DNA of 34,868 bases from a virus (Duplodnaviria > Caudoviricetes). Both the position numbers and the translations under genes were made by a program. The stretch lies in the IMG/VR virus record IMGVR_UViG_3300032227_000395, positions 1-34,868 of that record. One strand, given 5' to 3'. Each line of letters opens with the position of its first letter. Position 1 is the stretch's first letter. The notes beneath the pieces are model-generated. The model was given only the letters and a program-made list of their open reading frames with translations. It had not been told where the DNA came from and ran no database searches. Positions 14,913 to 23,000 of this stretch are shown here, in pieces.

Positions 14913-15221
14913 ATGAGGGAAGGAAAAAATAAAGGTAAATTGAAATCAGGAAACACGGTTAACGTTGGACGCCCTAAAAAACTCCCCGCCCTTGACTTGA
15001 TTATGGCAAATGTCATGGGGCAGGAAAAGGACGGTATAACGGCAGCCGAAGCAATTATTATGAAGCTAAGGGAACAGGCGGCAAAGGGTGACATTAAGGC
15101 GGCTCAATTGCTCCTTGACCGTGCATACGGAAAAAGTAAACAGAACATTGACATAACAACGCAAGGGGAAAAGGTGACCGTGCCAACGATAATATTTACA
15201 AAGGATAAGGCAAATGATTAA
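14913..15221 (+). CDS. terS: terminase small subunit
   Basis: GRPKK..A.KGD..AA..LLDR.YGK..Q..DIT..G pattern, upstream of TerL. Confidence 0.75.
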   Translation: MREGKNKGKLKSGNTVNVGRPKKLPALDLIMANVMGQEKDGITAAEAIIMKLREQAAKGDIKAAQLLLDRAYGKSKQNIDITTQGEKVTVPTIIFTKDKAND

Positions 15222-15543
15222 AATTATGATTAGCCAGCCAATGAATGGCTTAACAGATGAACAGATTTTAGAAACAAAAAACAGGTTTTTAGAATTTGCA
15301 AAAAATGAAAATATGGAGGTAGTACACACCTATTTCAAAGATGAATGGTTTGCAAAAATTGAATTAAAATCAATAGGCGTAAATCAAGTACCTATATATT
15401 ATTTGGCAAAATCACTTGAGAAAATGGCTCTTTGCAATGCTGTTATCTTTGCAAAAGGCTGGGAAAATGCAAGAGGTTGTCAAATTGAGCATGAAGTTGC
15501 TTTGCAATATGGATTAGATATTTTATATGAGGAGCAAATTTAA
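15214..15543 (+). CDS. DUF4406 / nucleoside 2-deoxyribosyltransferase-like protein
   Basis: ISQPM.G..., C.AV.F.KGWE.ARGC.IEH..A..YG. Confidence 0.8.
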   Translation: MIKIMISQPMNGLTDEQILETKNRFLEFAKNENMEVVHTYFKDEWFAKIELKSIGVNQVPIYYLAKSLEKMALCNAVIFAKGWENARGCQIEHEVALQYGLDILYEEQI

Positions 15544-15556
15544 ATAATCCTTATAA

Positions 15557-16786
15557 ATGCAGATAAAGGTTAGTGAAAAGTACGAAGCCCTTTGGCAACC
15601 GCGAACACGTTACTTCCTCATCACTGGGGGGCGTGGTTCGGCGAAGTCATTCACCGTGGGGCTTTGGGCTTGTAATATGCTTTTAGCCAACAAAGGATGG
15701 AAAATACTTTTTACACGTTATACCTTATCAAGTGCTAATATTTCCGTTATTCCTGAGTTTAGGGAAAAGATTGACTTGTTAGGCGTCGGTGATGAATTTC
15801 AAATGACCAACGCGCAAATAAGCCACAAAGTAACAGGCAGTGAAATAATATTCTCAGGCATCAAGACAAGTTCTGGAAATCAAACGGCAAAGTTAAAGTC
15901 AATACCTAAGTTAAATGTGTTCATTGTTGATGAAGCTGAGGAGTTTGTAAGCGAAAAGGACTTTGATACCATTGATGAATCAATCAGGATGCCTGATACC
16001 CCTAACATTGTCATACTGGTCATGAATCCTCAAGATGTGGAGCATTGGATTTGGAAGCGGTGGTTTGAAAAATCGCATCGCATGGAAACGATTGACGGGC
16101 AAATGATACCGATAAGCACACATCAAGATATTACCCACATTCATACGACGTACTTTGATAATTACCACAACCTAAGCAAAGATTACATAGCAAAGATAGA
16201 AGCGATTAAAACGAAGTCACCAGAGGCATACGCACATAGATTTTTGGGTAAATGGCTGGATAAAAAACAAGGGGTTATATTTGACAACTGGGTTGAGGGT
16301 GCTTTTGACATTAGCCTTCCGTTTGGTTACGGGCTTGACTTCGGCTTCTACCCAGATCCTTTGGCATTGGTAAAAGTGGCGGTTGACAAAGGGGCAAAGA
16401 AAATATACGTTGAAGAAATGATTTACAAACAGTCCCTTTCATACGAGGCAGTCATTGAGCAAATGAATCATTACGTTAGCCCCAACGCTATGATAATAGC
16501 AGATACAAGCGAACCACGTTTAATTGAAGCTTTGCAACAACGGGGGTTAAATGTGCATAAAGCAGAAAAGGGCCCTGGTTCAATCGTTGAAGGCATAAAG
16601 AAGATGTTAGATTATACCATTGTTGTGACACCTGAGTCGTATAATTTAAAGCATGAGTTAAGGAATTACATTTGGAATGATAGGAAAAGTAGCACGCCAA
16701 TGGATGCGGAAAATCACGGAATTGACGCGACAAAATATTGCTGTATGCGTTTATTACAAGGCAGCGATTTATTGGCATTTAATTAA
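15557..16786 (+). CDS. terL: terminase large subunit (PBSX/SPP1-like)
   Basis: GGRGSAKS Walker A, VDEAEE Walker B, MNP, GLDFGFYPDP and NHGIDA nuclease motifs. Confidence 0.95.
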   Translation: MQIKVSEKYEALWQPRTRYFLITGGRGSAKSFTVGLWACNMLLANKGWKILFTRYTLSSANISVIPEFREKIDLLGVGDEFQMTNAQISHKVTGSEIIFSGIKTSSGNQTAKLKSIPKLNVFIVDEAEEFVSEKDFDTIDESIRMPDTPNIVILVMNPQDVEHWIWKRWFEKSHRMETIDGQMIPISTHQDITHIHTTYFDNYHNLSKDYIAKIEAIKTKSPEAYAHRFLGKWLDKKQGVIFDNWVEGAFDISLPFGYGLDFGFYPDPLALVKVAVDKGAKKIYVEEMIYKQSLSYEAVIEQMNHYVSPNAMIIADTSEPRLIEALQQRGLNVHKAEKGPGSIVEGIKKMLDYTIVVTPESYNLKHELRNYIWNDRKSSTPMDAENHGIDATKYCCMRLLQGSDLLAFN

Positions 16787-16797
16787 AATAAAGATAT

Positions 16798-17094
16798 ATG
16801 ACAGATAAAGAAAAAGCGTTAATTATCATTGACTTAATCGAAAAGATTACTCAGGAAATCATTGATAAGCCAATGCAGCGCAAGAGGTTATTGCAAATGC
16901 GAAGTCACCTTGAAAAAGCCGTGAAGCTTACAGGGAATGGAATCAAACGAGAATGGTCACGCCCTCCGTCGCTTCCATTGGTTACACATACCAAAGCGGA
17001 GCCAGTACCTTTTAAACCAAGTACAACGGAAAATAATCTTGACGTGTTGGCAGATAATATTCCCGTGGTAACAAAAAAAGCAAGGAGAAAATAA
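16798..17094 (+). CDS. hypothetical protein
   Basis: 98 aa, coupled to the next gene. Confidence 0.7.
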   Translation: MTDKEKALIIIDLIEKITQEIIDKPMQRKRLLQMRSHLEKAVKLTGNGIKREWSRPPSLPLVTHTKAEPVPFKPSTTENNLDVLADNIPVVTKKARRK

Positions 17095-17975
17095 TGGTAA
17101 TATTTAACATCGGCAACAAACAAATCAAGTATAATTATCCAGAGACGGCGTCGGATATTACTTTGGAACAATATATCTACTTTGCGAAGTTCCTTTTGCC
17201 GCAGCATCCAAAGGTTGAACTTGAAGCGATACAATACCTGAATGATAGGGACGCGGTTTATCAAAAGATTTTACCGTATGCAAAGAAGTTAAAGGTAATA
17301 ACAAAAGATGTTCAACAAATAAACCTTGTTTACGACTTAGGCAAAATATTACAAGAACAGGAAGTTAAGGATAATGTACGCCGTTTCTTACCACTATTGA
17401 TTAGCCAATGGAATGAACTTGACAAAGAACTTACAACGCGTCTTGAAATCATGGATGAAGTCTGGGAGGCAAATGTAAGATACCCTTACATGGCAAAGGT
17501 TGTAAACTATTTTACAGGCATTCCCCTTGATGCTTGCTTTGGCAAGGTGGCGGATAGCTTAGAATTAAAATACTTAGTTTACATTTACACTAAGATAATG
17601 AATGCTATTAATACGCCAACGGAAACAAAATATAAGCAACTGTACGATTTTAACGGTAAGGTTTACACGCTTCCAGAAAGGTTAATGGAAAAATCCACCC
17701 TACTTGAATTTACAATGGCAGCGCAATACGATAAGGCTATGAATCAGGTTAGGAACGGTGACCCTGAGGGCTTACTAAATATTATGGCAGTTCTTTTGAA
17801 ACCATTGGGCGAAGATTACAGCGACGAACTCTTTGAGAAAAACAAGGTTGACTTTTTACAAATGTCCTTGCAGACATCCTATGAGGTTGCTTTTTTTTTG
17901 ACGAAGTTAAGCGAGAAATATATGGTAGGTTTGCAGACCTCTATGCTGGAAAAGGCAATGGCAAATCTCAATTAG
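17094..17975 (+). CDS. putative tail assembly chaperone (short, G-like form)
   Basis: DITLEQY start, IMAVLLKP..Y..., ends V.FFL at a T9 slippery run. Confidence 0.6.
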   Translation: MVIFNIGNKQIKYNYPETASDITLEQYIYFAKFLLPQHPKVELEAIQYLNDRDAVYQKILPYAKKLKVITKDVQQINLVYDLGKILQEQEVKDNVRRFLPLLISQWNELDKELTTRLEIMDEVWEANVRYPYMAKVVNYFTGIPLDACFGKVADSLELKYLVYIYTKIMNAINTPTETKYKQLYDFNGKVYTLPERLMEKSTLLEFTMAAQYDKAMNQVRNGDPEGLLNIMAVLLKPLGEDYSDELFEKNKVDFLQMSLQTSYEVAFFLTKLSEKYMVGLQTSMLEKAMANLN

Positions 17976-18172
17976 CAAGTGAAAGGCTTAATGAAAAATA
18001 CGGTTGGTACTTGACAATAAAGAAAGTGGCTGAGTCAGGATTGTTTAATTTAACAGGCTTCACACCTTTGCAATCAGCGGAAAAAGCAAAATTATACGAG
18101 GTCTTTCAATACCTTGCGAGCAAAGCAGCCGAGGAAAAAGTTATCGATGAAATATCTAAAGCCAAAAAATGA
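17897..18172 (+). CDS. -1 frameshift extension (GT-like form) of the 17094 gene
   Basis: 91 open codons FDEVKREIYGRFADLY..KYGWYLTIKKVAESGLF..KAKK; TGA overlaps the ATG at 18169. Confidence 0.7.
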   Translation, partial: FDEVKREIYGRFADLYAGKGNGKSQLASERLNEKYGWYLTIKKVAESGLFNLTGFTPLQSAEKAKLYEVFQYLASKAAEEKVIDEISKAKK

Positions 18173-18624
18173 GTTTAGTACAGTTAGCAAACATATTCGA
18201 AGCCGCCACCGACGCAGTGCAAGGGTTAAACGGCTTCTCCTTCGGCTGGGCATCGGATCGCGTCCGTTCTCAAATTTATACGGAAGAAGGAGAAAATAGT
18301 ACAAACATATTTCCACGGGTATTTTTTGCCGTGCCAACATTGACTAACAATCCAGTCACTCGGAGGGATACCTATCAAGTGACTTTGTTTTTTGATGACC
18401 TTTTAGGCTATGATGAAAACGGGGACGTTGATACAACTTTGCAAATTACAAAATGGTCAAATCTTATCGCATTTGCAGAAAGGTTTATTTTGGAATTAGG
18501 AACAACGAAAACAACAAATAGCATTCCTGACCAGGTAAATCTTATATTGGATTCCTTTACGTCAATTCAAAGATTGGTAACGGTGCAAGCCACTTTTAAT
18601 ATTTCAATAAAAAGCGAATGTTAG
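18169..18624 (+). CDS. putative tail terminator/completion protein
   Basis: 151 aa, FPRVF motif, position in the tail cluster. Confidence 0.5.
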   Translation: MSLVQLANIFEAATDAVQGLNGFSFGWASDRVRSQIYTEEGENSTNIFPRVFFAVPTLTNNPVTRRDTYQVTLFFDDLLGYDENGDVDTTLQITKWSNLIAFAERFILELGTTKTTNSIPDQVNLILDSFTSIQRLVTVQATFNISIKSEC

Positions 18625-19148
18625 AAGGTTTACAAAAGTTAGCGGACGATATTAGCCTTTTAGCTATTACCGTTGTAGCGAATGAATGGAGGGCGCAAGG
18701 TCATGAGTTATCGGGCTCAGCGGTTAAGCAAATGGAAACTTTTGTAAGAATGGAAATAAATACTTTAATCATTGAGGGTTTAGTTCCTGATTACATGGCA
18801 ATAAATAATCAAGGCGTACCCTCAGATAAAATACCTTATTACCCTGGGAGTGGAAGAAAAACAAGCAAGTACATTGACGGCTTAATTGATTACGTCAAAA
18901 GACGAATGGGTAAAAGCGACAAAGAGGCTAAGGGCATCGCTTTTGCTATTGCCTCAAAGCATAAGAAAGAAGGAATGCCAACAAAGAATAGTGTTATAAA
19001 GCATTCAAAGACGGGACGAAGGACTGGTTTTATAGAAATAGCACTGGAAAAGAATAGTCAAAAGTTTGTTGAATTAATTGAGAATGCCATTACCTTCAGC
19101 GTGGAGGCAACGATTGAAAGTTATTATAAATCAATTTTAAACAGATGA
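18618..19148 (+). CDS. putative HK97 gp10-like tail completion/neck protein
   Basis: SG..., Y...NQG, IAFAIA..HKKEG, FI pattern. Confidence 0.55.
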   Translation: MLEGLQKLADDISLLAITVVANEWRAQGHELSGSAVKQMETFVRMEINTLIIEGLVPDYMAINNQGVPSDKIPYYPGSGRKTSKYIDGLIDYVKRRMGKSDKEAKGIAFAIASKHKKEGMPTKNSVIKHSKTGRRTGFIEIALEKNSQKFVELIENAITFSVEATIESYYKSILNR

Positions 19149-20353
19149 GTTACACGATAAATCCAGACGTATTAAGCAGCCTTCTTTATCCTGTTTCTTA
19201 TCGCAGCCTTGAGCCGTCGTCGGTTATTCAGCAGCAAGTCGATGTTTACGTTGGTGGCAGCCTTGCAGGGTCTTTCTTAGCAGCTCAGACAGGAACAAGC
19301 GGAAGCAGCGCGGTGTTTGATACAAATATCCAAAGCTTTCTTTATTCAGACGTTGCGCCGTTGACAGGGGCAAAGACAAGTTTCTTCGGAACGCTTGACA
19401 CTTATTCCTTAACAACGAATACAGATGTTATCAAGTCCGTGTTTTGCGTTTCAAAGAATCAAACGATAAGTAGTGCGGGTTTCCTTGTTACATCAACGGC
19501 AAGCCAATTTAGTTCCACAGGTTTTGTGATTCCTTCCCAGTTTTACGGGGACGATAATGATTTTAATCTAAGCGACTTTTATCAACCGTCGGCAAATCCT
19601 TTTAAATTTCTTACCACGAATAACCAAGACAGGCGATGCAATGAGGACGGAAATATATTTCTTTCTTTTGTCGGCAAAGGAGTTAACGCTGGAAGGTTTC
19701 AATTTTATACCAAATCAGGGTCAAGCGCGGAAACGATTGTTGACTTTGTTGTATCCTCAGCAAACAATGACTTATATTCTTTGTCCGTCGGTGCGGCTAA
19801 CATCTTTGGAAGCAGTGCTATTTTTCACATGGGTAATTTCCCCGCGTCGGCAAGTGCATACAATTATTATTCCGTGTCCGTTGGTTATTATGATGGAAGT
19901 TATACGCAGCGTTCAGAAAGCATTGATATTTTTCTGGAGCCTAATTGCAATGATAACATTGACTTACATTGGTTTGGAAAATATGGAGGTGCAGAAAGTT
20001 ATCAATTTCGCGGCTTAATACAAGACTTGCAAAATGCCAATGCAGATATAATAAACATATCGCAGCCGTGGAGCGTGGTATCTAATCCAAGGGCAAACAG
20101 TTATGATAAGACAATTATCAAGACAAATCAAAGGGTAAACAAAAGAAAGCAAGTTAAATGTAGTATTCCACATGAAGACGCTTTATATATTGCCTCAATG
20201 TTTTATTCGCCTGAGGTTTACATCATTGAGAATGGTAAATATGTAAATGTTACCATTTCAAACGCGGAAACATTGACCGATAATAACAGGGCAACGTACA
20301 TTGAAGTATCCTTTGAAATTACCTATCCTAATAAACCAACGGCCCAGTTATGA
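19145..20353 (+). CDS. putative distal tail/baseplate protein
   Basis: W.GKYGG.ESY.F.G and F.SPEVY motifs typical of Bacteroidota phage tail-tip genes. Confidence 0.6.
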   Translation: MSYTINPDVLSSLLYPVSYRSLEPSSVIQQQVDVYVGGSLAGSFLAAQTGTSGSSAVFDTNIQSFLYSDVAPLTGAKTSFFGTLDTYSLTTNTDVIKSVFCVSKNQTISSAGFLVTSTASQFSSTGFVIPSQFYGDDNDFNLSDFYQPSANPFKFLTTNNQDRRCNEDGNIFLSFVGKGVNAGRFQFYTKSGSSAETIVDFVVSSANNDLYSLSVGAANIFGSSAIFHMGNFPASASAYNYYSVSVGYYDGSYTQRSESIDIFLEPNCNDNIDLHWFGKYGGAESYQFRGLIQDLQNANADIINISQPWSVVSNPRANSYDKTIIKTNQRVNKRKQVKCSIPHEDALYIASMFYSPEVYIIENGKYVNVTISNAETLTDNNRATYIEVSFEITYPNKPTAQL

Positions 20354-22785
20354 TAAAATTATTTATAGGCGGGCAAGAAGTAGATTTGAACCAAAATGAG
20401 GTTAATGTAACTATTGATTATTCTATCGAGAACATTGAACTTGGAAACATATCGGGAGCGCATTCAAAAAGGAATGTAACGTTACCAGCAACAAAGACAA
20501 ACGTAAATATATTTCAAAACATCACCGACGCTGGAGCCATTGTTACCAATGCTTATAAATTATTGTCTGCAAGACTTGAAGCCGACGGCGTGCCAATTCT
20601 CACAGGAAAAGCAAGGTTGGAAGGTGCAGATTTACAGGCAATCAATTCGGGTTTTGTAGCATCCAATTTTAAAGTCTCTTTGATTGGAAACAATGCAGAT
20701 TGGTTTGCAGACGTGGGAAATATTTTAGTAAGGGATTTGGGCTGGAGTACAATTGAGGTGAGTGAAACAACGGTTAAGGCAAATTACAACCCCGCAACGG
20801 CTGAGTATTGTTTTATCCTGATGAAATGGAAGGCATGGGAAAATGAAACATATATTTTATACAATGAGTTAACGCCAGCCATTTTTGTCTGGCAGATATT
20901 GGAAAAGGCTTTTGCAAACAAAGGGTATCAACTTAATAGTATTTTTAAGACCGACCCGTTTAACCGTTTGATTATTCCAATGGGTTTAAATCTTGACGCT
21001 GATTATATCAAAGACTTTGTAAATCTCAGGGCTTCCAATCCTTCGCCTTCAAGTTTTGTTTATTCATCTGGTGATAACGGAACTGTTAACATTACATTCA
21101 CGGATGAAACAACGTCACCAAACTTTGACACAGGGGGCAATTATACGGGTGGAATATACACGGTGCCAATAAATGCTTTATACGAATTAATCGCTGAGTT
21201 AAATGTAACCTTAACGGCTACTATTGGGGATATAAACCAATTTGCAGAACTCATTTTGTTCTTTGAGGTCAATGGAAACAACGTTTCAACCTATGATTTG
21301 ACCAATGAAACATCTTTAAATGATTCAATTTCACTTGAATTTCTGGGTGATTTAGTGGCTGGTGATACCGTAAAACTTAGATTGAGGTACGAAAATGTAT
21401 CTTTTAATCTATCTATTGCTGGATCTCTTTCGGTTGTGGCAGAAAAAGAGGGATTGGAAACAGGCGAAACCGTAAACGTGCAATACATCATACCTATTTC
21501 ATGGTATGCAAGGGATATAATTGCAGACCTTACAACCATTTTTAATCTTGCATGGGAGACAGATGTATTAAATAGACAGGTTTACGCCTACCCAAAAGAC
21601 GATTATACGATAAGATACAGGGCAAATAGCACAGGAGCGGCAAGCCTTACAAGTTTTGACGGGTTCTTTAAAAGCTCAAACAAGTACGATTTAAATACCC
21701 GTGACATTGACGGCTCAGACTTTCAAGTTTTGGACGGATACAAATCAAGTCAAGTTCTGGCGTATGCCACGGATGACGATACGACAAACAAGGAAGAAGA
21801 AAGGCGCGGGGTAAACATTTATTCAGGAGGATATAATTTCCCTCAGGATAGATTTGAAAATGGTATTGAATTTATATATACAAATTTCTTTGCCAAAGCA
21901 ATCCATATAAACGACGTCGCCATTACCACGGGAGGAACATACGGGGCTCAAATGCCACTTGTATTTGGTGACGATTACAACACGGTGACAGACGCAGAAC
22001 CAAATTACAACCTTGCGCCTCGTTTACTTTATTACGCTGGAAGGCGTGGAGGCTTAGATGGAAAAATAAGATTGTTTGATGAAACAACGTCGGCGGCTTC
22101 GGCTTTTGATTTTCCTGCAGCATTCATGGTAAATTACAATGACCCGAGTGGTGCAGATTTTAACTTATCATTTTCGGATGAGGTTACAAATTATACAAAC
22201 GTAATGCAAGGCGTTTTTAAAACCTTTCACTTGCAGACTTACAAAAGAATAGAACTGGGTAAGGTTTATTCAACTTTTGTAAAATGTAAACCAAAAGATA
22301 TAACACAGCTTTCATTTAGGCGCAAAGGAATCATTGGTTCATCAAACTTTATTATACAAAGTTTAGAATACAATCCAAAATCCAATAGCCCTGCCAAAAC
22401 GGTTTTACTTTACGATGAAAAACCAAATGTAAATGATTTAACAAAAGTTGTTAATACGATTACACTTGCTGGGGCTTCGCCTCAAAGCGGAACGGTAACA
22501 GGATCTGGCAGCGGCTTAGTGGGAGCAAATGGAGCAACGGTGAACATCCAATTATCTTACACGCCATTCTTAAATTCAATGACAAACGTTTTAGTACTTG
22601 CGCCTAATTCAGGTATCACTCAGGTGTCAAACACAAATGCAAATGTACTTGTATTCATGAACGGACAAAAGTTGATACCAACCGTTCAATATATTATAGG
22701 TGGCTCAACCATTACTATTGATTTAAATACCCATTATGACGGGGCAAATTATGAGGTAGTTGTAAACGGTGTAACTAAAGGATAA
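20350..22785 (+). CDS. tail hub/minor tail protein
   Basis: LFI.GQEVDL..I.YSI..G.HSK..TLP.T..N..IF N-terminus; C-terminal VFMNGQ.L module. Confidence 0.7.
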   Translation: MIKLFIGGQEVDLNQNEVNVTIDYSIENIELGNISGAHSKRNVTLPATKTNVNIFQNITDAGAIVTNAYKLLSARLEADGVPILTGKARLEGADLQAINSGFVASNFKVSLIGNNADWFADVGNILVRDLGWSTIEVSETTVKANYNPATAEYCFILMKWKAWENETYILYNELTPAIFVWQILEKAFANKGYQLNSIFKTDPFNRLIIPMGLNLDADYIKDFVNLRASNPSPSSFVYSSGDNGTVNITFTDETTSPNFDTGGNYTGGIYTVPINALYELIAELNVTLTATIGDINQFAELILFFEVNGNNVSTYDLTNETSLNDSISLEFLGDLVAGDTVKLRLRYENVSFNLSIAGSLSVVAEKEGLETGETVNVQYIIPISWYARDIIADLTTIFNLAWETDVLNRQVYAYPKDDYTIRYRANSTGAASLTSFDGFFKSSNKYDLNTRDIDGSDFQVLDGYKSSQVLAYATDDDTTNKEEERRGVNIYSGGYNFPQDRFENGIEFIYTNFFAKAIHINDVAITTGGTYGAQMPLVFGDDYNTVTDAEPNYNLAPRLLYYAGRRGGLDGKIRLFDETTSAASAFDFPAAFMVNYNDPSGADFNLSFSDEVTNYTNVMQGVFKTFHLQTYKRIELGKVYSTFVKCKPKDITQLSFRRKGIIGSSNFIIQSLEYNPKSNSPAKTVLLYDEKPNVNDLTKVVNTITLAGASPQSGTVTGSGSGLVGANGATVNIQLSYTPFLNSMTNVLVLAPNSGITQVSNTNANVLVFMNGQKLIPTVQYIIGGSTITIDLNTHYDGANYEVVVNGVTKG

Positions 22786-23000
22786 TGGAAGATAAAGAAG
22801 CATTAGGCAAAAAGGTATTTCTTGAATTTTATTCTTCCTTCATTCTTGACGATGAAATCGAGGAAACGGGGCGCGTGTTTTACCTTGCTCAAAAGGCTTC
22901 CATTATTCATTTAAATTTGATACGCGGTGTTTTGCAAAACGATGAATACATTATTAATATGGCATACTTAAAGGATGTCATTAATAAAATAAAAATATAA
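22785..23000 (+). CDS. hypothetical protein
   Basis: 71 aa, coupled to genes on both sides. Confidence 0.65.
   Translation: MEDKEALGKKVFLEFYSSFILDDEIEETGRVFYLAQKASIIHLNLIRGVLQNDEYIINMAYLKDVINKIKI

Noticed and set aside
18092-18340. ORFs 18092-18340 (-) and 18114-18299 (+)
   Set aside because: Shadow ORFs overlapping the frameshift extension and the 18169 gene.
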